This document shows positions 44,188 to 54,564 of a stretch of DNA of 64,000 nucleotides, piece by piece. Origin of the DNA: a virus; the IMG/VR virus record IMGVR_UViG_3300033182_000678, positions 15,975 to 79,974 of that record. One strand, written 5' to 3'. The notes under the pieces are model-generated. The model did not search any database, was not told where the DNA came from, and worked only from the letters and a program-made list of their open reading frames with translations. A program made the position numbers and the translations under genes. Position 1 is the first letter of the stretch, and every line of letters starts with the position of its first letter.

Positions 44188-46556
44188 TATAAATTCCCAC
44201 CAAGGTCATTAATTGCCATTGTTTGTTTTTCTAACTTTCTATCTATTTGTTCCAATACACCTAACATTCCTTTTTGTGTTTCTGTACTTTCTGAAGTTAC
44301 ACCTTCTGCAACTTTTCTTCCTGCCATCTCACCTAATAAACCACCAACCATACCACCGATTGCAGTTCCGATACCTGGTACTATAGAACCAATTGCTGCA
44401 CCTGCTGCGGCTCCTGCGATAGCTCCACTTGTACTTCCAACTGCAGACGCTTTTTCTCTTGTGGTTTGTGCATTTGCAAATTCCATCATACCTAATCCAA
44501 GTGCAAGTGGTGCAAATCTTCTCATTCCTGTTTTCATTCCACTTTTTGCAAGTCTACCTAATCTTGAACTATTATTAGTAATACCATACATTTTGTTTCT
44601 TTGTGCAACATTACCAAAAATTTGTCTATTAACAGGGTCTCTCATATCAGGTAAACCACCTTTAGTTAATCTACCTACACCACCTGGTAATGCAGCTCCA
44701 CCCATTTTACCACCACCCATTGGTAACATCATACCTTGTTGACCTGATGGTAAACTACCCATATTACCTGATATTCTACCACCATAAAGAGCTCTCGTGT
44801 TTAGATTTGTCGCAATCGTGTTGCCTTTTGTTGCAGCTGCTCCTCCAAATAATGCTCTGATAAATCTAACTCCGAATATTGTACCTAAAGTACCTAATAT
44901 ATATGGAAGTATCTTTGCTAATTTATCCATTGCATCGTTCTTAAAACTAAGACTACCACCTTGAGTTAATTTTTGTAATTCTGATACCTCTACTCCAATG
45001 GCTGCTGCAAGTTTCTGTCTTTGAATAACATTCATTTGTTGAATTTGTTGTTCACTTCCAACTTGTCTTATGATTTCTTTTTGTAAGGCCTCCATATCAC
45101 CCATGAGTGCAAGTTCACGAGCTTTGTTAAGATTTAATTGTCTACCGATTAATAATGAGGCTTCTAATTCACTCTCAATACTACTTTCAAAATCTAATAA
45201 TGAGTCTGCAATCTTTGCAGTAGTACTTAAACTTAATCCAAGTTTACGAGCTTCTATCGCAGCTCTTGCCATGTTCATTCCACCATCTTGTGAGAACTTT
45301 GCAATCAACTCATGGTTGTCTGCCATATCCTTAATAACATCTTGTGGTACGACACCTGCCATTCTAGCTTGAGATGCTATTGATTGTTGTTGTGCAAGTG
45401 CACTCTCTACAGATAGTCCTGATATTATGGACATTTGTTTTGCAAGTGTTATGGAATCTTCTGCTGCGACTCCAAAGAAGACTTTCATTTTAAATGTATT
45501 TAATGCACTTTCTAAACTAAACTTAGTTACATCACCAAAATTATTTCTAAATGCTTCAAATCCTGGTAGAAAACTTTTAAGGAACTCAGGACCTGTTAAT
45601 GCAAAAAGTCCTTGTTGAATTTTTTTCATAAATAGTACTGCCGCTCCAGCGATTATACCACCACCAACAACTTTACCTAATAAACCACCACCTTTAAACC
45701 CAACGGCTTTCATTGCAGGTTCTGTAAATACTCTTGATAATGCCTTACGAATATCTCTTGTACCTCTACCACTTTTGAATGAATCTGCTAATTGTTGTGC
45801 GGGTGATAATTTACTTAAATCTTTTTTGTAAGCACTTTGGAAATTTTTGAAAGCGTCTGGGTCCATAAATGCAGCCTCCTGCATTTCTTGTGGTAAGCTT
45901 CTCACAAACATTTTAAATCTATCTAAATCTAATATATCACTTGGGCTAAGTTCACCCTTTCTAAATGTATCGGTAAAGAAACTACCTACTGCCTCACCAC
46001 CTGCACCTGCAATTGAAAATATAGATTGTGATGCATTACCAAATCCTTTTCGTAAACTATCACTAATCTCTTGACCTAAGTTATCCAATCCAAGTGCAGT
46101 AGATAAAAAGTTACCAAAGAGTGGTATTGATTGTACACCAGTTGTAATACTATCACCAAATTTCTTTGCAGCGTTTGCCGATGCATTGATTGAATTATTT
46201 ATGGATTTTTGGATTCTTTGTTCTTGTTTTAAGACTTGAAGGATTTTCTTTCTATTACCTAATCCTTCTTTTGCATATTGTGCAGATAATTCATCTAAGT
46301 CTTTTGTTTCAAAACTTTCTTTGTGTATATTTTTACGATTACCTAATATTTCTCTTGTGATATCATTGGTTTTCTTTAAGGTGTCAAGTTGACCATCCGA
46401 CATCTTTTTTGCATCTGAGAAAGTTGCTGCAAGTCTTTTGGCGTAGTTAATTATATCAGGAAATTCTTTGGACATTTCCTTGATGAAATCTTGAGTTTCT
46501 TTTACCGAACTCTTTATGTCTTCAAAGTTCTTTTTCTCTTTGTCTGAATTTGCCAT
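44187..46556 (-). CDS. Tape measure protein
   Basis: Helical, A/G-rich; LLDFESSIESELEA..L.G..LNL.KAR; C-terminal glycine zipper; follows the tail chaperone. Confidence 0.8.
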   Translation of the reverse strand: MANSDKEKKNFEDIKSSVKETQDFIKEMSKEFPDIINYAKRLAATFSDAKKMSDGQLDTLKKTNDITREILGNRKNIHKESFETKDLDELSAQYAKEGLGNRKKILQVLKQEQRIQKSINNSINASANAAKKFGDSITTGVQSIPLFGNFLSTALGLDNLGQEISDSLRKGFGNASQSIFSIAGAGGEAVGSFFTDTFRKGELSPSDILDLDRFKMFVRSLPQEMQEAAFMDPDAFKNFQSAYKKDLSKLSPAQQLADSFKSGRGTRDIRKALSRVFTEPAMKAVGFKGGGLLGKVVGGGIIAGAAVLFMKKIQQGLFALTGPEFLKSFLPGFEAFRNNFGDVTKFSLESALNTFKMKVFFGVAAEDSITLAKQMSIISGLSVESALAQQQSIASQARMAGVVPQDVIKDMADNHELIAKFSQDGGMNMARAAIEARKLGLSLSTTAKIADSLLDFESSIESELEASLLIGRQLNLNKARELALMGDMEALQKEIIRQVGSEQQIQQMNVIQRQKLAAAIGVEVSELQKLTQGGSLSFKNDAMDKLAKILPYILGTLGTIFGVRFIRALFGGAAATKGNTIATNLNTRALYGGRISGNMGSLPSGQQGMMLPMGGGKMGGAALPGGVGRLTKGGLPDMRDPVNRQIFGNVAQRNKMYGITNNSSRLGRLAKSGMKTGMRRFAPLALGLGMMEFANAQTTREKASAVGSTSGAIAGAAAGAAIGSIVPGIGTAIGGMVGGLLGEMAGRKVAEGVTSESTETQKGMLGVLEQIDRKLEKQTMAINDLGGNL

Positions 46557-46598
46557 AGGTTCTCAGTTTAAATTAGTATAACCGATTATTTATTTAAA

Positions 46599-46853
46599 TT
46601 ATTTTAATAAGTCTGTATCAAATCCTAAATCTTCCATATCTGATACCCAATTTGGGTCTTCCATCTTCTTATCAAGATACTTCTCTAATTGTTGGTCAAT
46701 TTTGTTTATTTGGATTAGACTCTTTTTGATTACAGGGTCTTTTGAAATCTTTTTGATAACATCCTTCGTGGCTCTCTTCGTTCCAATCGCTTTGAACAAC
46801 GACCCAATAAATTCTCTTATCACTTTTTTTTCTTTGATTACTATTTTAGACAT
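46599..46853 (-). CDS. Hypothetical protein
   Basis: 84 aa, with AGGAG Shine-Dalgarno and the TATTTATTA motif upstream. Confidence 0.65.
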   Translation of the reverse strand: MSKIVIKEKKVIREFIGSLFKAIGTKRATKDVIKKISKDPVIKKSLIQINKIDQQLEKYLDKKMEDPNWVSDMEDLGFDTDLLK

Positions 46854-46926
46854 TTTGACTCCTGTTTAATCATTAATAAATATCAAGAATCATTATTTTT
46901 TGAACTGAGGCATCTGAACTCCACCA

Positions 46927-47122
46927 TCACCCTTTTTGAGCCTTTTCTATTTCTTTTTTCTGTTCATCTACAGCCTTAACGATTTGTTGAATGTAGAATC
47001 TTCGGAGCGGAATGGGCATATTATAGACTTCTTGGTGGGTAAAACCACCTTGACCATAGTATGATAGGCTGAAGACTTCTTCGTGGATTGCCGGCCTGTT
47101 ACTCGCCGGCTGGCCAAAAAAA
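46927..47122 (-). CDS. Tail assembly chaperone extension (GT-like), probably reached by frameshift
   Basis: FFG...GGFT..EVYNMPI.LRRFY; overlaps the end of the chaperone gene at a T7 run; no convincing own start. Confidence 0.6.
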
Positions 47123-47869
47123 GTCAATCCCAAGAGAGAGTGGTATTCTATGTGTTTTACCAACTTTACTCTTGTAGTTAATACTGATATCTACATCAGG
47201 TTGAATTGACTTGACATACTTTCTCCATTCACGAGTATCTAATGATAAGAATTGATTATCAACAAAGTTATCAATTTCCTTTTGGTCTGTATTACCATCA
47301 ACTGAAACGATTTGGTGTTTCATACGAAGAGATAACTCATTACTTACACCTGTAAGATTAGTTGCCTTTTCATATCCTTGTAGTAACAAATCAATTTCAA
47401 CTTCATCTTTATGAGTTAGTAATTTAAACTCAATAGTTCTATTTGAGTTTGGTAGAGTATATGAAAATTTATTCTCACCTTTAAATACTGACTCATCAAA
47501 CTTTACATTTTCAAGTTTTGTTAAATCTATTTCAGTTTCAACTTGTTCACCTGTGTCTGGGTCTGTTAATGTTACAGGATAGTCTTTACCATATCCTAAA
47601 ACACGAGTCCCAACCATTATTGCATTTTTATCACCAAGTAATAAATCATCTAATTTAACTCCTGGTGTTGCAATAACACTTTCTAATAATCTATCAATCA
47701 CAACACCTTGTTGTATAAGATTCTGTGATGTTAAGATGTCTTCTTCTTTTGCTGTCATGTATTTTACATCAACCACTCCCTTACTTAATGGACTATCTTT
47801 GGGATACAATAATCCCTTGGATGGTAAAGATAGAACCTCAGTAGGAAATGCGTACTGATTTTCTGCCAT
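47099..47869 (-). CDS. Tail/baseplate assembly chaperone (gp26-like)
   Basis: LPSKG..Y, MTAKEEDIL, D..AI....R..GYG and FFWP end; lies between the tube and tape measure genes. Confidence 0.75.
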   Translation of the reverse strand: MAENQYAFPTEVLSLPSKGLLYPKDSPLSKGVVDVKYMTAKEEDILTSQNLIQQGVVIDRLLESVIATPGVKLDDLLLGDKNAIMVGTRVLGYGKDYPVTLTDPDTGEQVETEIDLTKLENVKFDESVFKGENKFSYTLPNSNRTIEFKLLTHKDEVEIDLLLQGYEKATNLTGVSNELSLRMKHQIVSVDGNTDQKEIDNFVDNQFLSLDTREWRKYVKSIQPDVDISINYKSKVGKTHRIPLSLGIDFFWPAGE

Positions 47870-47931
47870 GTTTATCTCCTATGAATTGAATTTAAAACCA
47901 TATATTTATAACTATTTTTGGAATTTAAAAT

Positions 47932-48165
47932 CTAATTTATTTTTTTATTTCCAAGAACTTTTTCTGCTCCTGCGATTCCGAAACTACCTAAAGTAGTGAA
48001 TAGGAATGAGTTATACACAACATCATTGATAACTAAATCTTTACCCATGATACCTGTAATAACATCCGCCATTGCAAAGATAACCATTATTGTAAACGCA
48101 CCGAAACCAATGATTGATTTCTCGTTATAATCGTTGTCGTCCTTGAATATTTCCCACATTTTCAT
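47932..48165 (-). CDS. Small two-TM membrane protein (holin-like)
   Basis: Two hydrophobic segments in 77 aa; basic C-terminus. Confidence 0.5.
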   Translation of the reverse strand: MKMWEIFKDDNDYNEKSIIGFGAFTIMVIFAMADVITGIMGKDLVINDVVYNSFLFTTLGSFGIAGAEKVLGNKKIN

Positions 48166-48178
48166 ATATCTCCGATTG

Positions 48179-48670
48179 TTAGAATTGTAGTATTGCGTAA
48201 TCGTAACGAAGTGTTAGAGAGATATCTGCAACATCTGTTCCATTTGCGAAGTCTAAATCATTAAAGTTCGCAGATTGAATCATTGCACCTTTCAATACCC
48301 ATTCTTCAACTTTATCACCAACTGGTCCTAACATATTGAAAGTAATATCTTTCTTGTAGAAATCAGAATATCCATCACGACCTGTTACGGATTCATGATG
48401 TAGTCTTACCCATTCCATTACTGCTTGTGCACCACTTGGAACGATTGGGTCATAGAGAGTTATTTCTAAGGTCTCCCATGCACCTTTACCTTTTACATAT
48501 CTTTTAACATTGATATGTTCTAATACGATTTCTTCAAAAGTTATTGTTGGTCTGTTTGCAGTCTTTACAAGATATGCAGGTATTCCATCAATATACATGA
48601 TAAACCTATTTTTTGTTTTAGGTTCAAACGGGGTATAAAAAATTTCATTTGGGTCAATTAGTTCTGCCAT
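48179..48670 (-). CDS. Tail tube protein (T4 gp19-like)
   Basis: EPK..NRF, W....ITLYD, YKKD....LGP.G..VE.W.LKGA and L.YD. Confidence 0.9.
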   Translation of the reverse strand: MAELIDPNEIFYTPFEPKTKNRFIMYIDGIPAYLVKTANRPTITFEEIVLEHINVKRYVKGKGAWETLEITLYDPIVPSGAQAVMEWVRLHHESVTGRDGYSDFYKKDITFNMLGPVGDKVEEWVLKGAMIQSANFNDLDFANGTDVADISLTLRYDYAILQF

Positions 48671-48792
48671 TTTCTTTCTCCTATTAGGCCAGTTTTACTT
48701 ATTACATTAATAAATATAAGGAAAGTGAAAAAAGTGTATTACTATAATATTATATTTTTAGAAGTTTTTTTGAAGTTTTTTCAAAAAAAAGC

Positions 48793-48821
48793 TTGACACT
48801 AATGTTAGAAATGGTTATATT
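48793..48821 (+). promoter_or_regulatory. Sigma70-type promoter TTGACA-N17-TATATT, antisense to the tail operon
   Basis: Perfect -35, 17-nt spacer, preceded by an A-tract. Confidence 0.6.
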
Positions 48822-48943
48822 ATAGTATGATATTTTGAAAGCGATCCTGTTAATAAAGAAAGTGAAAGGAAATGATGTAAAATGAATTAATTCAGTAAAT
48901 AGTTAGGTGTTAATATCGTAATCGTTCAGAACCTAACAGAAAC

Positions 48944-48978
48944 AAAAAAAAACCCCAATCGTAAGACTGGGGTTTTTT
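48944..48978. terminator. Bidirectional intrinsic terminator
   Basis: aaaaaaaaacccca-atcgtaagac-tggggtttttt. Confidence 0.8.
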
Positions 48979-49004
48979 ATTATAAGTTACTTTATAAGTT
49001 AAAC

Positions 49005-51362
49005 TTACTCAGGAAATGTTGCTCCTGTTGGTTGTACTACAAAGTCAAGTACAATGAACTCAGCAGTTCTTGTAGGTTGGATAAATATTTGACCTACTAA
49101 CTGATTTCTATCAACAACATCTGGTGTGTTGTTTGAATTGTCCATTACTACTCTAAATGCAGTTAAACCACTATTTGCTTGTACTTGTTCTAAGAACGGA
49201 TTCACAATACCTAAGAAACGATTTCTTGTGGCTGCTGTGTTTTGTTCAAAGACTAAGTATCTTGAAGAAGAAGCAATGAACTTACGAAGTCTAATTAATA
49301 GTCTTCTTACATTGATTCTATCAAGAGCACTTGGTTTTCCTTGAAGTGTTTTTTGTCCAAACACCACTACACCTTGTGCAGGGAATGAAGCGATTGGATT
49401 GATTCTGTTTTCATAAAGGTCATCCCTTTCTGAATGAGTCAATCTTGTTTTTGCCTCTAATACCCCAAACTGACCTAAACCACCACGATTTAGACCTGCT
49501 GGTGCAAACCATTCATGAGATACTCTATCAGTATTTGCAATTACCGCTGGTAACACAACTGATGGTGGAACCCATGTTGGTTTGTTAGTATTGATATCTT
49601 GGATTTTAACCCATGGATAATAAGTTGCTGCGTAGTTAGTATCTAACGCTTTAATATCCTCAATAGCATTATCTACTGAACGACCCCATCTTGAACCATC
49701 CATTACATAGAATGCATCTGCTCTCGCTTCTGCAACATCTATAGCTTTGTTAGTTACTGATGGGTGATACTCATGGATAATACCAGGTGTCACTATCATA
49801 TTGATATCAAACTCGTCTGGATTTGAGATTGCGTTTAGTGCTCGTGTATAAGCTACTGAACCACTTGATGTTGAAAGTTGACAATCAAATCCTTGTGTGT
49901 TTGTTGCTGAAATGTCGTTCCCTACATTCTTTTGTTTTGCAGGATTACATCCATCAAAACCACCTTGAAATGGAACAACGAATTTTCTTTGTTTGACATG
50001 AGATAGTGCCAATGTTACTTTTTCACTTGCATCTGAGAAAGTTGTACCTAATGCTGATGCATCTGCATGACCATTTTGGTCTTCCAAACTCATCGTTACA
50101 TTATTACCAGTTCCTGATGATGCTGGTAAAGGTTGTAAGTATTGTTTACTATCTTCATTACTGAAATCAAATCCATAGAACACATTTGAACTAAAGTCAC
50201 CTCTTTCATTTAACTGATTTGACTTGAAGACTGCACTTGGTACACTTTGTGAACCTGATAAAGAAGTTGCTGCAGAAACTGGTAAAGTTAATTTACCAAA
50301 TCCCATAGGAACTATTTCTTTTGAAATACCTTCAAGATTACCAAAATCTGATAAGTAGATGTATTTTGATTTGTTTGGATAATCACCATTATAGGTTAAT
50401 TTACCTTGTGAATCAATAGTTACATATCTATCACCGATTGCTCTTGGTAAGTAGTTAACTGAATTCTCATCAAAATTTAGGTTTTGAAAAGATTCTAAAA
50501 TTGTTCCATCAGCTGATTCACCAGGATTATTAATCTGAACACTTAAAGTAAATGAACCATAATCACTACCTGGTACATCTGCTGGTACTTTAATATCGGA
50601 TATACCGATTTTGTAAAGATGATTAACATTTGAACCATGTGAACGAGTATTAACTTTAAATAAGTCTGTTCTTGCACTATTAAGTAATTGTGATTGAATA
50701 GCTGGTGTTGTTGCGACTGCATAATCATGTGTGAAGTCATCACTACCACTAACAAGACTCATACTTACGAATGGTGCAGTATGTCTACCATTATTAGTGA
50801 TTGTGTTATTAAACAATGATGAAAGGTAAACTTTTTTATCAACCGTTGTACCTGATACTTGTGGGTCTGTACTGAATACTTTATCAATATAGTTTGCAGA
50901 ACCACTATCAAGACTGAATGTGATTGAAGTTCCCTTAAGTGTTAAAGTTGCATCGTTTGAACCATGTGTTTGTGCTAAGGATGCACTTCCTGGCCCAGCA
51001 ATACTATAAGAATCTGGGTCTGAAGCACCTCTTGATGGTTTCAAAACTGCAACGATACTACCACTTTGTGCAATACCGACAAAATCGTTTTGATATCCAC
51101 CTAATCCAAGAACACGAACAATAGTAACAGAACCTGCAGATTTTAGATATTCTCTAACAGCATAAGGTGTGTAGTAAGATTTGTTAAGTCCACCAAATAA
51201 ATCTTCATACTCTTGGAAATTACTTACCGTAGTTGGTACAAAAGCAGGCCCTCTTGATGTTGGCCCGATAAATGCTCCACCTATTTCAGAAATCCCTTGT
51301 GGTAAGAAAGATAAATCTTTTTCTCGCGTAAATACACCTGGACTTACTATTCTTTCTGCCAT
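49005..51362 (-). CDS. Tail sheath protein (T4 gp18-like)
   Basis: SPGVFTRE.D, YYPW, WFAPAG..RG, GQKT, RINVRRL and P...AEFI. Confidence 0.95.
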   Translation of the reverse strand: MAERIVSPGVFTREKDLSFLPQGISEIGGAFIGPTSRGPAFVPTTVSNFQEYEDLFGGLNKSYYTPYAVREYLKSAGSVTIVRVLGLGGYQNDFVGIAQSGSIVAVLKPSRGASDPDSYSIAGPGSASLAQTHGSNDATLTLKGTSITFSLDSGSANYIDKVFSTDPQVSGTTVDKKVYLSSLFNNTITNNGRHTAPFVSMSLVSGSDDFTHDYAVATTPAIQSQLLNSARTDLFKVNTRSHGSNVNHLYKIGISDIKVPADVPGSDYGSFTLSVQINNPGESADGTILESFQNLNFDENSVNYLPRAIGDRYVTIDSQGKLTYNGDYPNKSKYIYLSDFGNLEGISKEIVPMGFGKLTLPVSAATSLSGSQSVPSAVFKSNQLNERGDFSSNVFYGFDFSNEDSKQYLQPLPASSGTGNNVTMSLEDQNGHADASALGTTFSDASEKVTLALSHVKQRKFVVPFQGGFDGCNPAKQKNVGNDISATNTQGFDCQLSTSSGSVAYTRALNAISNPDEFDINMIVTPGIIHEYHPSVTNKAIDVAEARADAFYVMDGSRWGRSVDNAIEDIKALDTNYAATYYPWVKIQDINTNKPTWVPPSVVLPAVIANTDRVSHEWFAPAGLNRGGLGQFGVLEAKTRLTHSERDDLYENRINPIASFPAQGVVVFGQKTLQGKPSALDRINVRRLLIRLRKFIASSSRYLVFEQNTAATRNRFLGIVNPFLEQVQANSGLTAFRVVMDNSNNTPDVVDRNQLVGQIFIQPTRTAEFIVLDFVVQPTGATFPE

Positions 51363-51396
51363 TTGTTTTCTCCCTTGTGATTACAATTAAGTAATC

Positions 51397-51678
51397 TTAT
51401 TTATTTTCGGTTGGTGTAAAAACACCTGTTTCTGGGTCAAGATTACCTGGCCCATATTTTTCATTTAACGAATTTACTAAGGAAGATTCTGTTTTTTGAA
51501 TTTCTACATATTGTGCCTCTAACTCTAACTTTTGGTCATGAAGTCTTTCTTGTTGTTGGTCTAACAACATTCTTTGAACTTCTAACTGACCTAAAGATAG
51601 TTGAGTAGTAGCATAATTGTCTCTTAAGTCTCTCAAAGATTTTAATTCTTCTTCAGTAAATTTAATTTCATTCGCCAT
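51397..51678 (-). CDS. Small coiled-coil protein
   Basis: Heptad pattern; L.EKYG.G.LD.ETG.F. Confidence 0.65.
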   Translation of the reverse strand: MANEIKFTEEELKSLRDLRDNYATTQLSLGQLEVQRMLLDQQQERLHDQKLELEAQYVEIQKTESSLVNSLNEKYGPGNLDPETGVFTPTENK

Positions 51679-51755
51679 CTTTATAACTCCTTTTAAGTTT
51701 ATATATAAATATAATTTAGAAATCTCAAAATAGATTTAAAACTAATTTTTTTTGA

Positions 51756-52295
51756 TTATTTGTTCAAACAATCACAATTTTTTTCAATATCTTCTATCTT
51801 TTTATTTAATTCTTTGATACTTTCTATTAATAATGGAACGATTTTTTCATATTTGACTGCTAAGTATCCATTATCTCTTTCGGTTACGACTTCTGGTAGA
51901 ACTTCTTGAATTTCCTGTGCGATTACTCCGACATCGTGTCCTTCGTATGTATCTTGTTTATCATTCCAATCAAATTCATAACCACCTATTTTATCAATCT
52001 TTTCTAATGGATTTTCTATACGAATAATATTGTCTTTAAGTCTTTTGTCTGATGAATAGAATGCAATAACATCACCTGTTGCTCTTGCATTTCCTGTAAT
52101 ATCTAAATTACTTCCGTCATAAGTTAAACCAGATTCTGCTTGAATTGCAGATGTTCCATTACCTGTAAGAACTCCATTTGATGTTAATGATGTAGCACCT
52201 GTTCCACCCTCAGATACGGGTAGAGCAGTTCCTAATGTTAAAGATGATAGCGATGCTGCACTACCACTTATGATAAGTTTTTTCCAACTTGGCAT
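51756..52295 (-). CDS. Short tail fibre/spike with intramolecular chaperone (peptidase S74) domain
   Basis: SSDKRLKDNI, GVIAQE, V.Y.KIVPLLIE.IKEL. Confidence 0.85.
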   Translation of the reverse strand: MPSWKKLIISGSAASLSSLTLGTALPVSEGGTGATSLTSNGVLTGNGTSAIQAESGLTYDGSNLDITGNARATGDVIAFYSSDKRLKDNIIRIENPLEKIDKIGGYEFDWNDKQDTYEGHDVGVIAQEIQEVLPEVVTERDNGYLAVKYEKIVPLLIESIKELNKKIEDIEKNCDCLNK

Positions 52296-52365
52296 CTATT
52301 TTATCTCCTTATGGTTGGTTACCTATTTGGCCCACTTCCTTGATTGCCACATCAAGGCCAATAAG

Positions 52366-52548
52366 TTATTCATTAATTACTTTACTATATTCTTTTTGTA
52401 GTTTTTCAACTACCTGAACTGCCTCTGATAATCTCTTACCAGGTATCATTCCTTCTTGAATCAAGAATAAAAGAAATTCAATTTCCTTTTTAGAAAAGAC
52501 GAGAGTATCTTTTTGTACTCCCGTCTTTTCAGTTTTAACTATTCCCAT
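52366..52548 (-). CDS. Small hypothetical protein
   Basis: 60-aa ORF between tail fibre genes. Confidence 0.55.
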   Translation of the reverse strand: MGIVKTEKTGVQKDTLVFSKKEIEFLLFLIQEGMIPGKRLSEAVQVVEKLQKEYSKVINE

Positions 52549-52566
52549 TATAAACCTTTATCGTTG

Positions 52567-53991
52567 TTATGACCAAATATAGATATCTCCTGTATCAGTC
52601 TCTATATGCATCATACCGATTCTATTTGTATCTGCGGCTCCAAAGTCTTGTGGATTACTACCAACTGCTGGTGCTGAAGTTGAACCACTCACCGAAACAA
52701 TGTATTGTCTTGGTGTTGCACTTGTTGCACTTTGTGCAGTATCATCAGCTTTTGTTAATCCCCAACGAGATGCACTATCGTCATAGAATAATGCACTACC
52801 ACTATATCCACTATGAGTCTGAACTACGATACCACCATCTCCACTATCAGAACCACTATTTAGTAGGATGAATTTATCCTCAACTAATAAGTTTGTCACA
52901 TTTTGTGAAGTTTGTGTACCTTGAACGGTTAGATTACCATCTATAATAACACCACCACTAAATGTTGCAGTATCACTTGATTGATTACCGATTGTGAAAT
53001 CTCCACCTAAATCAGTATTCAATGCAGTTGCTAAATTACTACCACCTGCGGTGTAGAATGTGTGAATCTGGTCTGCGGTTGCAAGTGCCGTTCCACCATC
53101 TGCGATTGCTTCAGTTTTGGCAGATATAGTTCTAGCAGCACTTCCATCAAATGTAGTTCCACTATTTAATTGTATTGTAGTATCATCTACTGTTAAATCA
53201 TTTAAGTCACTTCCAAGTGAAACTCCACTAATTGTTGAGTTAGCTAGTTTTGCATTTGCGATTGAACCTGCTAACATATCGTTTTCAACTGATGAGGTTG
53301 CAATTGTTAATGCACCACCTGCTGCGATTGTTGCATCACCTGATACATTTCCAAAAATTGTGTCTTCAAAATTACTAAATGTTATCTTTTTCTCAGTTCC
53401 GTTATCTGAATACAATAAGTAATCTTCAGTTTGGTGTACTGTAGTTCCTGTATCTAATCCGTCAATATCTAAACCTGTCGCTGTTACTCCAGTTAAACCT
53501 GTACCATCACCAACAAAAGAACCTGTGAAAGAACCTGTAATGTGAGATGATGAGACTGCAGAATCATTAATTAATGTATCTACGGTTGCATTACCTGTGT
53601 TAAGTGTTGAAGTTCCAATATCAATATTACCAAAACTACTTGATATAGCCCCAACACCTAATGTACCAACAGCTGTTATTTGTGTTTGTGAAGCATCAAC
53701 ATTGATTGCTAATGTTCCATCGCCTGTTACAGCGGTAAGACCAGTTCCTGCAACATCAGATGCTGCTTCAACTGCTGGCCCACCTTCACCACCAACGATG
53801 ATACTTCCATTTGTTGTTAAGGCAAGTGCACCAACTGCATCAGTTCCACTATCTTGTGAAATTAGAACTGCCTTATCTGTTAAAGATGTCGCACCAATAC
53901 CACCTTGTGCTACTGGTAGTGCAGTATCTAAAGTCAAAGAAGAGAGTTCCGCAGAAGACCCACTTACGATTACTTTTTTCCAACTTGCCAT
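52567..53991 (-). CDS. Tail fibre-like structural protein
   Basis: S/T/G/A-rich; N-terminus paralogous to the 52295 gene (M.SWKK.I.SGS..LSSLTL.TALPV..GG.GATSLT). Confidence 0.75.
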   Translation of the reverse strand: MASWKKVIVSGSSAELSSLTLDTALPVAQGGIGATSLTDKAVLISQDSGTDAVGALALTTNGSIIVGGEGGPAVEAASDVAGTGLTAVTGDGTLAINVDASQTQITAVGTLGVGAISSSFGNIDIGTSTLNTGNATVDTLINDSAVSSSHITGSFTGSFVGDGTGLTGVTATGLDIDGLDTGTTVHQTEDYLLYSDNGTEKKITFSNFEDTIFGNVSGDATIAAGGALTIATSSVENDMLAGSIANAKLANSTISGVSLGSDLNDLTVDDTTIQLNSGTTFDGSAARTISAKTEAIADGGTALATADQIHTFYTAGGSNLATALNTDLGGDFTIGNQSSDTATFSGGVIIDGNLTVQGTQTSQNVTNLLVEDKFILLNSGSDSGDGGIVVQTHSGYSGSALFYDDSASRWGLTKADDTAQSATSATPRQYIVSVSGSTSAPAVGSNPQDFGAADTNRIGMMHIETDTGDIYIWS

Positions 53992-54045
53992 TTTATTTCT
54001 CCTTAAAGAGTTTTTTCAACTCTATTTTGTTACTTATAAATATCA

Positions 54046-54564
54046 TTATGTTGCAAAACCAAGGTAAAAATCACTTCCACTATATGCAATAGCTCCTTCT
54101 TGAGCTGTTGGTAGTGGTGAATTTGTACCCAATACTAAGGTTCCACTATTATCTACTTTAAACATAGTGTTACCACTTGAATTCTTTAATACCATTAAAT
54201 CATTGGATGATGATGGTTCTCCAAAAAATGTTGAACCACTATAAACACTTAACGAACCATCAGGTGACTCAACTTTAATTCCTTTTCTATCAACTTGAAT
54301 TTTTTGTTTAATTCTGTCGTTTGGTAAACCAATTTCCAAAGATAAACCCTCTGTATCAAGTGCCAACTTACCAACTGATTGATTATTGGAATTACTAAAA
54401 TTTATTGAACTTGATAAGATATACAACTCTCTCCAAGGTAATTGTGATGAACCTAAATCATAAGTATTTGCTGTATCTGGTATCAAAGAACCACTTACTA
54501 TATCAAAACTTGCAGTAGGTACATTTAATAAACTACTTAGTTGTTTGGATTTAATGTTTGCCAT
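54046..54564 (-). CDS. Virion structural protein (fibre-like)
   Basis: LIPD...YDLGS...WRELY motif; SGS repeats. Confidence 0.65.
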   Translation of the reverse strand: MANIKSKQLSSLLNVPTASFDIVSGSLIPDTANTYDLGSSQLPWRELYILSSSINFSNSNNQSVGKLALDTEGLSLEIGLPNDRIKQKIQVDRKGIKVESPDGSLSVYSGSTFFGEPSSSNDLMVLKNSSGNTMFKVDNSGTLVLGTNSPLPTAQEGAIAYSGSDFYLGFAT

